From: Kiritimatiellia bacterium
GTDB lineage: Bacteria > Verrucomicrobiota > Kiritimatiellia > JAAZAB01
Direction of reading: 5' to 3'
NCBI GenBank assembly: GCA_040767085.1
Contig: JAXGPF010000006.1
Span: 32,001-96,000 of the forward strand
Length of the DNA stretch: 64,000 bases
The notes beneath the pieces were generated by a model that was given only the letters and a program-made list of their open reading frames with translations, searched no databases and was not told where the DNA came from. Made by a program: the position numbers and the translations under genes. Positions 10,128 through 18,796 of this stretch are shown piece by piece; position 1 is the stretch's first letter; every line of letters starts with the position of its first letter.

Positions 10128-10937
10128 ATGAAAACCAGCGCCATCATTACCGTTTACAACCGGCCGCGCATGCTCGACGCCTGCCTCAAGGCGCTGGCCG
10201 CCAGCCGGGTTGCGGTGGACGAGGCCGTCGTGTCCGACGACGGTTCCACGCCGGAAAACGCCGCCAGCATGCGGGCCGGCTTTGCCGGTTTGCCTTTCCC
10301 GGTGCGCTACGTCTGGCAGCCCGACCAGGGCTACCGCCTGGCGGCGGCGCGCAACAATGCCATCCGCCATGCCGCCGGCGATTACCTGCTGCTGCTCGAC
10401 TGCGATATCCTGCTGCTGCCGGATACCGTTGAACAGCACTTGCGGGCGGCGCGGCCCGGGCGGTTCCTGGCCGCCAACCGCGCCTGGGTCAGCGAGGCTG
10501 ACACGGAAGCTTACCTGCGGAGCGCCGGCGATGCCGCGGCGCTGGCCGCCCTCTGGGAACGCGCCGACCGCCGGCACCTGGCGCGCTGCCACCGCCAGTT
10601 CCAGCGGAATGCCTGGCTGCGCCGTTGCGGATTGGCCCGGCGCAACAAGCCGAAAATTCTGGGCTGCCACTTTTCGCTTTTCCGGGCCGATGCCGAGCGC
10701 ATCAACGGCTTCGACGAAAATTATGAAGGCTGGGGCCTGGAAGACGACGACTTCGCCGTCCGGCTGCACCTGGCCGGGGTGCGCGGCCGGTCGCTGATCA
10801 TGCGGGCGCGCGCCCTGCACCTCTGGCATCCGGCGGTCGCATCCTGCCCCCCCGCCCTGGCCGACAGTCCGAACTACGCCTACTACCACCGGCAACAGGT
10901 GGAAATGTTCTGCCGCCGGGGCCTGCAGCCGCAATAA
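10128..10937 (+). CDS. Glycosyltransferase family 2
   Basis: IITVYNRP, SDDGS, AAARN, LDCD, NGFDENYEGWGLEDDDF. Confidence 0.92.
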   Translation: MKTSAIITVYNRPRMLDACLKALAASRVAVDEAVVSDDGSTPENAASMRAGFAGLPFPVRYVWQPDQGYRLAAARNNAIRHAAGDYLLLLDCDILLLPDTVEQHLRAARPGRFLAANRAWVSEADTEAYLRSAGDAAALAALWERADRRHLARCHRQFQRNAWLRRCGLARRNKPKILGCHFSLFRADAERINGFDENYEGWGLEDDDFAVRLHLAGVRGRSLIMRARALHLWHPAVASCPPALADSPNYAYYHRQQVEMFCRRGLQPQ

Positions 10938-11044
10938 TCTTCACGTTCACGAGTCCGCTAAGCAAGGCAACGGATTGCGCCACGCCCCCCCCACTTCGTC
11001 GGACTACACAGGGCAAACAGCGGGTGTGCCGCGCCGAAGCCTGG

Positions 11045-11142
11045 GTCCCTTGGCCGCTTCTGATCCGATGGTAGGGCGGCCAGTCCCTTGGCCGCTTCTG
11101 ATCCGATGGTAGGGCGGCCAGTCCCTTGGCCGCTTCTGATCC
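11045..11142. repeat. Tandem repeat, 38-bp unit x2.6, derived from a REP half
   Basis: gtcccttggccgcttctgatccgatggtagggcggcca at 11045 and 11083, partial copy at 11121; no spacers. Confidence 0.95.
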
Positions 11143-11173
11143 GGAACGGCGCGCTCGGAGATCGCGCCCTACC
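11108..11173. repeat. GTAG-type REP doublet (GGTAGGGCG...CGCCCTACC)
   Basis: Terminal inverted GGTAGGGCG/CGCCCTACC with internal hairpins; near-identical to 42900-42996 once that copy's insert is removed. Confidence 0.85.
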
Positions 11174-11292
11174 TCCGGAATCCGGATGCGCCACGCAGTG
11201 GCGCCGCTACATCCAGATTACTGTAGTGGCCGAACTGCTTGCCCGGCGTAGCTGCAGCGAAGCCGGGCGTTCGGCGTCTTTCCGGGAATCGG

Positions 11293-12252
11293 TCAGGCTG
11301 CTGCATGCCGCCCCGGACGCCACCGCATCCAGGCCCGGCACAGCCAGACTGCGGCAGCCGCCAGCAGCAGCCGCGGCCAGACGATCCAGGCGGCCGGCAC
11401 GCCAATTGCCGCGAAAAGCAGGGTGTCTTCCAGCAGCGAATGCGAGATGGCTGCATGGCAGTTAAACAGGCGCAAATCCGCGCGGGAGACATCCCCGGCG
11501 CGCACGTGTTCCAGCATGACGGCCGCGCCGAAGGCCAAACCCATGCAATTTGCCACCAGCCACAGGAAGGCCGTGGAGCGCGGCAAGCCCAGGACGGCCA
11601 AAACCGGACTCAGCCAGCGCGCCAGCCGGTGCAGCCAGCCGAATTCCGCAAGCCAGCGCTGCATAACCATCAACCCGGCTACGATCAGCGTTATTTTCAA
11701 AGCCAGCCAAACCATGCTTTCCCCCCAAACCCGCAGCATGGCGGCCAGGCCGGCTGCGGCCGCCGGCGCGGCCGCGGCGGAAGTCAGGAGCCGCGCATCC
11801 GCCGGCATGACGGCATTCAAAAGCATCCCTCCCGCCAGGGCAGCCAGCAGGCGCAATCCCAGCATCAGCGCGCCGGATGCGCCGGCTCGCTGCTGGACGG
11901 CCGATTCCACCGGCAGGTTATGGGCAATCAGGCAGATCAACGCCAGGATGGCGGCCTCCCGCACGGTCAGGGACAGGGTCTGCATGACGGCGATGGCGGA
12001 ATAAATGTTCAGGCTGGCCGAAGTCAACACCACCAGGGCGGCCTCGCCCGGCAGGCCCGCCAGCCGCATCAGCGGCTGGAGCCAGCCGGCGATGCGCGGC
12101 AGCACGCCGGCATAATCCAGCAGCGTCACCGCCAGCGACAGCGGGACCATCAAGACCAGCAGCCAGCCCGCCGTCCGCATCGCCGGCGGCAGCGCCGCCC
12201 GCGCGCTGGACATCAGCCGCCGCCAGAAAATGGCATCAAAAATGATGGGCAT
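11293..12252 (-). CDS. Nucleoside-recognition (Gate) domain membrane protein
   Basis: Multiple TM helices; duplicated PLMRLAGLP/PVLAVLGLP, HNLPVES and SHSLLEDT motifs. Confidence 0.8.
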   Translation of the reverse strand: MPIIFDAIFWRRLMSSARAALPPAMRTAGWLLVLMVPLSLAVTLLDYAGVLPRIAGWLQPLMRLAGLPGEAALVVLTSASLNIYSAIAVMQTLSLTVREAAILALICLIAHNLPVESAVQQRAGASGALMLGLRLLAALAGGMLLNAVMPADARLLTSAAAAPAAAAGLAAMLRVWGESMVWLALKITLIVAGLMVMQRWLAEFGWLHRLARWLSPVLAVLGLPRSTAFLWLVANCMGLAFGAAVMLEHVRAGDVSRADLRLFNCHAAISHSLLEDTLLFAAIGVPAAWIVWPRLLLAAAAVWLCRAWMRWRPGRHAAA

Positions 12253-12259
12253 AAACCAG

Positions 12260-13429
12260 TCATCCGTATTGATTGCCGTCCGGCGATTGCGCCAGGCGGC
12301 GCCGCAGGCGGGCCGCGCCAGCGGCGTCCCCGCGCCGGTCATGCAGCAGCGCCAGGTGTTCCAGGGCCGCGCGGTTTTGGGGCTCGATGTAAAGCGTCCG
12401 CGCGAACGCTTGTTCAGCTTCCGGCAGGCGGTCTCCGGCCGACAGGATCATCCCTTCCAGCAAATGCGCCGCCGCGCATAACGGCTGCGCCGCCCGCGCT
12501 GCCGCGCAGATAGCCGCCGCGTCGGCCAGGCGGCCGGCATCGGCCAGGCGCCGGGCTTCCGCCAGGTCCGGCGGGGCGGCGGGCGCCGCGGGCGGTGGCG
12601 CGGCCAGCGGCGCGAGCGTGGGCGCCGCGGCCGGCCGGCGCGGCACAGCGCCGGCAGTTTTGGCGGGGCGGATGGCGGGGGCGCCGGCGGCGCGGCGCCA
12701 TTGGTAAGCGAAAGCGCCGCGATATGGCGCCGGCTCGAACCATTGGTCGAACAGCGGCAGCATTTCCGCATGGCCGACGAACAGCAAACCATCCGGCGCC
12801 AGCCGGCGGATCAAATGTTCCGCCACGCGCCGCCGCGCGGCGGGATGCTGATAGATCAGCAAATTCCGGCAGAACACCGCCTGGTACGGCCCAACGGCAT
12901 CCGCGCAGTCATCCAAATCCAGGATATTCGCCCGGAGCAACCGCGCGCAATTTTTAACCCGCGGGACAACCGCCCAGCGGCCGGCGCCGGCTGGCGTGAA
13001 AAAGGCCCGCGCCCCGGCAGGCGTCTCGCGCAGGGCGCGTTCGGGATAAATCCCGGTCCGCGCGGTTTCCAGCAGCCGGGCGCTGAGGTCCACGGCATCC
13101 ACCCGCAAGTCCGCGGCCTGGCAGCCGGCCGCCAGCAAGGCCATCACAATCGAATACGGCTCCTCGCCGCTGGCGCAGGGCGCGCTTAAAATGCGGATGG
13201 GGCGCGGCAGCCAGGCGGCGCAGGCCTGCTGAGCGAGGAACTCGAACGGCGCGGTATCCCGGAAAAACCAGGTTTCCGGCACCACCAACGCCTCGGCCAG
13301 AGACTGCAGGTCCGGCGCGGCGGCGGCGGCCGGCCGATTCCGGATGGCCGACTGCAGGGCTTCCGTTCCCAGGTTGCGCAAATCCCAACCGAAGGTGTCC
13401 GCCAGCAGTTGCTCCACACCACGCATCAT
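12260..13429 (-). CDS. cheR: CheR methyltransferase with C-terminal TPR (WspC-like)
   Basis: VPETWFFRD, SAPCASGEEPYSI, FCRNLLIY, GHAE; TPR tail with LYIEPQNRAALEHLA. Confidence 0.92.
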   Translation of the reverse strand: MMRGVEQLLADTFGWDLRNLGTEALQSAIRNRPAAAAAPDLQSLAEALVVPETWFFRDTAPFEFLAQQACAAWLPRPIRILSAPCASGEEPYSIVMALLAAGCQAADLRVDAVDLSARLLETARTGIYPERALRETPAGARAFFTPAGAGRWAVVPRVKNCARLLRANILDLDDCADAVGPYQAVFCRNLLIYQHPAARRRVAEHLIRRLAPDGLLFVGHAEMLPLFDQWFEPAPYRGAFAYQWRRAAGAPAIRPAKTAGAVPRRPAAAPTLAPLAAPPPAAPAAPPDLAEARRLADAGRLADAAAICAAARAAQPLCAAAHLLEGMILSAGDRLPEAEQAFARTLYIEPQNRAALEHLALLHDRRGDAAGAARLRRRLAQSPDGNQYG

Positions 13430-13866
13430 GCTCCAAACAAGGCCGGCAGGTGTTCCGGCGCAAGTAATTTTTCGGTTTTCACCATCTGCACCATGCCCAG
13501 TTCCCGGCAGACCAGGCCGTCCAGGTAAGGCGCGGCCGCCACCCCGGCCGGTTGCGCCGACTCCGGCGCCAGGCGCAAGGACTCCACCCGTTCCGCCAGC
13601 AGGCCCACCAGCCGGGACGGCGGCGACGGCGGGGGGCAGGCCAGCAGGATGATGCGGGTGCTCAACCGGATGGCGCCGGCCGCCGCGCCGATCAGCCTGG
13701 AGAAATCAATTACCGGCGCCGGGCAGCCGTGATAATTCAGGAGCCCGGCAATCCAGGGAGGCGCGCCGGGACAGGGCCGCAGCGCGGCGCAGGGCACGAT
13801 GGCGCGCGCCCGGCTGGCTTCCAGGGCATAATGGCTGCCGGCGGCTTGAAAGACCAGGCAAAGCAT
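13426..13866 (-). CDS. cheW: CheW coupling protein (WspB-like)
   Basis: MLCLVFQ...PGAPPWIAGLLNYHGCPAPVID...GLLAERV; stop overlaps the CheR start. Confidence 0.88.
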   Translation of the reverse strand: MLCLVFQAAGSHYALEASRARAIVPCAALRPCPGAPPWIAGLLNYHGCPAPVIDFSRLIGAAAGAIRLSTRIILLACPPPSPPSRLVGLLAERVESLRLAPESAQPAGVAAAPYLDGLVCRELGMVQMVKTEKLLAPEHLPALFGA

Positions 13867-13872
13867 GTCACT

Positions 13873-13949
13873 CCTGAATTTTGCACGAATATTGACCGTC
13901 ACCCTTGCCGCCTTGCCCCGCGCCAAACTTGCACGGTGCAAAATTCAGG
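13873..13949. mobile_element. Short MITE-like element (77 bp) with CCTGAATTTTGCA terminal inverted repeats
   Basis: Both ends match the 253-bp element at 35813-36065; fills almost the whole MCP-cheW gap. Confidence 0.65.
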
Positions 13950-15908
13950 TCACACCTTGAATTGCGCCACTTCCGTCTGCAGGTTACGGGCAGCTTCGCG
14001 CAACTGGGCGGTGGCGGCATTGAACTGGCGCAACGATTCCGTGATCCGGCCGGCGCCGCCGCTGAGCTGACTCAAGGCCTGGCTGATCTGGCGCGTGCCC
14101 TGCGATTGGGTCTGCATGCCGTCGTGCACCGTGTCAAACTGGGGCGCCAGTTCCTTGATCCGGGCAATAATGCCGCCCAATTGCCGGCCGATATTCTCCA
14201 CCTGCTGCGCATCCTGGCCGACTTCGCCGGTGAATTTGTCCATTTCCATGACGCCGGCGGAAACCGCCGACTGCATATCGCGGACCATTTGTTCGATGTC
14301 CAGGGCCGCCACGGCGGTTTGATCGGCAAGGCGGTGGATTTCACGGGCCACCACCGCAAACCCCAGACCGTACTCGCCGGCTTTTTCGGCCTCAATCGAA
14401 GCGTTCAACGAAAGCAGGTTGGTCTGGTCGGCCACCTTGGTAATGGCGGTCACCACGCCGCCGATGTTGCCGGTTTTCTCGTTGATGGCGGCCAGCCGGG
14501 CGGAAATTTCCGACGACGCCGCGACCAGCCGGCGCATGGAAGCATCCATTTCCGTCAAGCCGGTGCGGCCGGCGTCGGCGGTTTGCTCGGCGCCATCGGC
14601 CACGTCGCGGACTTTCTGCATGGTGTGCGACAATTCCTGCGCCGCGGCGGAGATTTCCTTGACAGCGCCCACCACCTGGGTGGTGGATGACTCGAACTCC
14701 GCAATCACCGTTTCCTGCTGGCGCGTGGTCGCCGCCATCTCCGTGGCCGTGGAAACCAGCTGGACGCAGGAGCGGTGCACCTGGCCGACCAGCGCAAACA
14801 GGGCGTCGGTCATGCGGCCGACCGCGTCAAACAGGATGCCGGTCTCATCGCGGCGCGGCTTGCCCCGGCCGCGGAATTCCGCCAGCGCACGCCGGGCTTC
14901 GGTGAGGTTGCCCTGGGCGATCAGTTCCGTCACGCGCACGATGCCGATGATCGGCCGGGTAATCGCGCCGGAAAGCATTAACAGCAAAATCGCCGTCAGC
15001 ATCAGCACCGCGGCGCCGACCGCCAGGTTGACGTTGCGCATGCGATGCGTGGCGCGCATGACTTCGTCCGCCAGGGCCCGGACGACCGCCACCCACCCGA
15101 AAGTCCCATCCGTGCGGAACACGGCCACCACCTCGCTGCCCTGGTAAAAATAGCGCATCCGGCCGTTGTCCTGCTCCATGATGGTCTGGCCGAAAGCGTA
15201 CTCCGACAGGTTGGTCTGAAGCACCAGCGCGGCATCGGGATGGGAAAAAATCATGCCGGCCCGGTCGGCCAGGTAGGCATAGCCCGAGTCGCCGATTTTC
15301 ACTGGCGCCACGAATTTCCGGGTCAGGAATTTCAAATCCAGGGCGCCCAGCAGCACGCCGGCCGGCGCGCCGTCCGCCAATACCGGCGCGGCCACCACCA
15401 GCACCGGGTTGCCGGAAACCATGCTTTTGATCACATCCGAAACTACCACCTGGCCCTGCATGGCCAGTTTGAAATAATCGCGGTGGGCAATATTGACATC
15501 GGCATTCCCGGCCGGCGCGCAGCCCAGGGGGTTGCCCTGACTGTCCGCAAGCATCACCAGCTCGTAAAAAGGGGCATCGCGCCGCACGGCGGCCAGGGCT
15601 TCCTCCGCCGGCGCTGCGGCGCCGGCGGATAAATTGGTGGCCGGGGCGCTGGCCGCCGCGGCGGCCGCGGCCGTCAAAGACGGATCACGGCTCCAGTGGG
15701 TAATTTCACGCCGCCGCTCGACCATCCACGATTCCACGCTCTTGATGGTAAAGTCGGCGACCTGGGTCATGTGATCCCAGGCGGCGGTCTCCATCGCCTC
15801 GCGCGAAATGCGGTAGGTCATGGCGGTCGAGACGCCGAGAGCCAGGGCGAAGAGCAGCAGTGTCGGCAAAACGATCTGCAAGCGTAAGCTGCGGCCGTGT
15901 ATTTTCAT
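13950..15908 (-). CDS. Methyl-accepting chemotaxis protein with dCache sensor (WspA-like)
   Basis: Two TM segments, Cache motifs (RDYFK, GYAYL), HAMP, QTNLLSLNASIEAEKAGEYGLGFAVVAREI. Confidence 0.95.
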   Translation of the reverse strand: MKIHGRSLRLQIVLPTLLLFALALGVSTAMTYRISREAMETAAWDHMTQVADFTIKSVESWMVERRREITHWSRDPSLTAAAAAAASAPATNLSAGAAAPAEEALAAVRRDAPFYELVMLADSQGNPLGCAPAGNADVNIAHRDYFKLAMQGQVVVSDVIKSMVSGNPVLVVAAPVLADGAPAGVLLGALDLKFLTRKFVAPVKIGDSGYAYLADRAGMIFSHPDAALVLQTNLSEYAFGQTIMEQDNGRMRYFYQGSEVVAVFRTDGTFGWVAVVRALADEVMRATHRMRNVNLAVGAAVLMLTAILLLMLSGAITRPIIGIVRVTELIAQGNLTEARRALAEFRGRGKPRRDETGILFDAVGRMTDALFALVGQVHRSCVQLVSTATEMAATTRQQETVIAEFESSTTQVVGAVKEISAAAQELSHTMQKVRDVADGAEQTADAGRTGLTEMDASMRRLVAASSEISARLAAINEKTGNIGGVVTAITKVADQTNLLSLNASIEAEKAGEYGLGFAVVAREIHRLADQTAVAALDIEQMVRDMQSAVSAGVMEMDKFTGEVGQDAQQVENIGRQLGGIIARIKELAPQFDTVHDGMQTQSQGTRQISQALSQLSGGAGRITESLRQFNAATAQLREAARNLQTEVAQFKV

Positions 15909-15943
15909 ATAAACAAGCCAATTTCAAAACTGACGTTTTGAAA

Positions 15944-16052
15944 GAATTCAGAATACAGGAGTCAGAATTCAGAACAAACACAAAACGTTGATGACAAATA
16001 TGTTGGTTAATATTTCCGATTCTGACTACTGAATTCTGACTACTGAATTCTG
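15944..16052. repeat. Inverted pair of heptamer arrays (CAGAATT-like / TTCTGAC-TACTGAA)
   Basis: gaattcagaatacaggagtcagaattcagaa opposite attctgactactgaattctgactactgaattctg, in an AT-rich spacer. Confidence 0.7.
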
Positions 16053-16087
16053 CTTTCAAAAGCTGACTTTTGCAAGCGACTAAACCA

Positions 16088-17500
16088 TCAACCCGGCTTG
16101 ATCGCCGGCAGGCTGGCGGCGGCAATCGCCTGGCCCACCCGCCGGCTGGCTTCATCCGGCACGGCCAGGTTGACGGACCCGGCCAGCTCGGGAAATTCCG
16201 TCCGCAGCACGCGCAGCGCCTGTTCCCGGACGATTTCGCCGCCGGGTCCGGAAGTGACGCGGCCCAGCATCAACACATGCTCCAAATCATAAAATTCCGC
16301 GTAGTGCGCCAGGGTATAACCGAGCCAGACGCCGATGGTTTCGTAAATCCGGCGGGCGCGCGGGTCGTCCGCGCGCATCAAGGCCTGGACATCCTGCAAA
16401 CGTTCCGGCAGCGTCCGGCGCTGGTCCAGCGCAATGCTCGCCGGAGCGGCGAGGCGGTCTACGGCCACCTGCGAAAAATACTGCGCGCCCACCCCGCGGT
16501 CGCCCGACCACTCGTCAGCCGGCGCGCGGGGATTGTAATCCACCGGCGCAAATGCCAACTCATCCAGCCAGCCGGGCAGGTTGCCGGCGCCGTCCACATA
16601 ACCGGCCGCCAGGCTGGAGCCCATGGCAATGCCCAGGATGCGATTGACGCCCAGCGACATGGACCCGGCCAGAGCGGTTACTTCGCCGTCGTTGATGACT
16701 TCGAAGGGGATGTTGCCCCAAGCCCGGCGCAGTTCGCCGAACAAGCCCCGGACCCGGCTTTCAAACAAATCCCGGGGCACGCCCCGGAACAAAGAGGCAA
16801 TCCGCACGCTGTTATTGACATAAATCCCGGCGGCGGATCCGCCAATGGCGTCCACGCGCGGCAAATGCCCGGCCGCCTTGCGCAAGGCGGCCATGATTTC
16901 ATCGAAATGATATTGCGGGTCCGCCTGGTTTTTGGGATCCCAGACCACTTCCTCGCTGAAAACCGGACGCCCATCCATGACGGCGGCGACTTTGCGGTCG
17001 CTGGCGCCCAGGTCAAATCCGATGCGGCAGCCTTCCAGATGCCGGCCCAGGGGTTGGCTTTGCAGGCTATCCGGCGGCAGACTGGCATATTCGCATGTTT
17101 CCACGGTAAAAGGACGTTCGTAAACATCCGCCATCAAAGCGGCGTCAAACCGCCGCGGACCGTCCAGCGCGTAGGCGCGCCGCAGGGCTGCGCCGATGGA
17201 GGGCGGACCGGCAATCACCACCCGCCAGCCGCCCCGCTGCCAGAGCAGGAATTTCAAAATCCGCTCGGCCAGAGGCAGATTGGCCGCCGCGCGGGGATGG
17301 TCTTCCGGCAAGATGCGCGTATGGAAACTGGACCGGACGCCATCGGCAGATTCCACGGCAATTGCCAGCGGCGCGCCGCCACCGGCTTCTTCCACCGCCT
17401 GCCGCATGCGCCGATGCGCGAGGCAGGGCGGCCGGAAATGCACATCCAACGGCGGCGTCACCGCCGGTTGATCCAAAAGCCATTGCATTGACTGATCCAT
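16088..17500 (-). CDS. ROK-family protein (sugar kinase-like) with long N-terminal extension
   Basis: GFDLGASDRK, NDGEVTAL, GSSLAAGY, DELAFAPV. Confidence 0.85.
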   Translation of the reverse strand: MDQSMQWLLDQPAVTPPLDVHFRPPCLAHRRMRQAVEEAGGGAPLAIAVESADGVRSSFHTRILPEDHPRAAANLPLAERILKFLLWQRGGWRVVIAGPPSIGAALRRAYALDGPRRFDAALMADVYERPFTVETCEYASLPPDSLQSQPLGRHLEGCRIGFDLGASDRKVAAVMDGRPVFSEEVVWDPKNQADPQYHFDEIMAALRKAAGHLPRVDAIGGSAAGIYVNNSVRIASLFRGVPRDLFESRVRGLFGELRRAWGNIPFEVINDGEVTALAGSMSLGVNRILGIAMGSSLAAGYVDGAGNLPGWLDELAFAPVDYNPRAPADEWSGDRGVGAQYFSQVAVDRLAAPASIALDQRRTLPERLQDVQALMRADDPRARRIYETIGVWLGYTLAHYAEFYDLEHVLMLGRVTSGPGGEIVREQALRVLRTEFPELAGSVNLAVPDEASRRVGQAIAAASLPAIKPG

Positions 17501-17737
17501 GATACCGCAACTCCCGATCGTTTTACAGTCCGTATCACCCGCGCCGGCCGGGCCGGCCATGCTTGGGTATATGCTCCCTGAAACCAGGCTAAAAGTCAAT
17601 CCTGAATATCGCTTGCAAGCCGCCGTTTAAATCCTTACACTTGTTTGTTCACGGTTCAGGTTGAGTATTGTGTCGGGGGGTTGTGTTCGGTGTTCGGTGT
17701 TAGGGTTCAACCGTAACGGTAAAAAGGAGTTTTGGCT

Positions 17738-18157
17738 ATGCAAGCGGATTGTGTATTCTGTAAAATTGTCCAGGGGATCTTGCCCTCCACGCGCATTTTT
17801 GAAGACCGGCTGAGCCTGGTGTTCCTTGATATCGCCCCGATTATCAAGGGGCACGCCCTGGTAATCCCCAAGGAACATTACGATCCCATCACTGCGGTGC
17901 CGGAATCCTTGCTGCAGCACCTGATTATCGTGGCGCGCCGGGTAGCCGCCGCCCAGGTTGCCGGACTGCAGGCCGACGGCGTGAATATCATGCAGGCCAA
18001 TGGCGCGGCGGCCGGGCAAGTGGTGCCGCACATGCATTTCCATATTATTCCGCGCTTCAGCCATGACGGGCATCACTGGAACTGGAAAACGACGCCATAC
18101 GCCAATCCGGAAGAAATGCAAACACTGGCGGCCAGGCTGCGAAAAGGCTTGATTTAA
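17738..18157 (+). CDS. HIT-family hydrolase
   Basis: DCVFCKI, GHALVIPK, AGQVVPHMHFHIIPR; AAGGAG RBS upstream. Confidence 0.95.
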   Translation: MQADCVFCKIVQGILPSTRIFEDRLSLVFLDIAPIIKGHALVIPKEHYDPITAVPESLLQHLIIVARRVAAAQVAGLQADGVNIMQANGAAAGQVVPHMHFHIIPRFSHDGHHWNWKTTPYANPEEMQTLAARLRKGLI

Positions 18158-18184
18158 ACGGCTTTATGGGTAAAATGTTGCGCC

Positions 18185-18595
18185 ATGAAAAAGAACAATG
18201 CGGTTGAAGCGCTCAACCAGATTTTGCAGGAAGACCCACGCTACTCGGCGGAAGCGTATCATTTCCTGCGGGAGTCGCTGGATTTTACGACCAAACTCCT
18301 GAATAAACCCAAGGCGGGAGCATCCCGGCACGTATCCGGAAAAGAGTTGCTGGAAGGCATCCGCCGTTACGCCCTGCAGGAGTACGGCGCCATGTCCAAA
18401 ACAGTGTTAAACACCTGGGGCATATTCCGTTGCGAGGATTTCTGGTACATAACATCCAACTTGATCAAAAAAGGCATCCTGGGCTGCACTCCGGAAGACT
18501 CCATTCACGATTTTGAGAATGGATATGATTTTCAGGAGGCATTCCGCGTCCCGTTCGAGCCGGATAAAGCCGCGCGCCGGCCGTGCAAGAGTTGA
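18185..18595 (+). CDS. Minf_1886-family protein (Planctomycetes/Verrucomicrobia-type conserved protein)
   Basis: DPRYSAEAYHFLRESLDFT...RHVSGKELLEGIR...WGI..CEDF...GYDFQEAF. Confidence 0.8.
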   Translation: MKKNNAVEALNQILQEDPRYSAEAYHFLRESLDFTTKLLNKPKAGASRHVSGKELLEGIRRYALQEYGAMSKTVLNTWGIFRCEDFWYITSNLIKKGILGCTPEDSIHDFENGYDFQEAFRVPFEPDKAARRPCKS

Positions 18596-18796
18596 CCGCG
18601 TATGGCCAAAAGCATAGGACCATCTTCCACTCCGGATGTTACATTGATAGCCTGCCCATCGTCTCCGGCAGCCTTTTACAACATGCAAGCTTGCGCTTGT
18701 AGCTTGCACGGCCACATCGGAGGGCGGCAAGCTTTAGACCTGCCCCTGCCAGGCAACGCGCGGCAGGCAGGCGGCGGCCGGGCGGCCGCCTTGATT

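Noticed and set aside
11045-11142. Possible CRISPR array (38-bp repeats)
   Set aside because: Head-to-tail repeats with no spacers, REP-derived; no cas genes
13867-13941. N-terminal extension of CheW in the ORF track, and the similar ORF at 35857-36057
   Set aside because: Both translate the MITE-like repeat (MHRASLARGKAARV) and are not real coding sequence
18596-18796. Possible riboswitch or ncRNA upstream of the M16 peptidase
   Set aside because: GC-rich hairpins are present but no recognisable aptamer consensus; needs an Rfam scan
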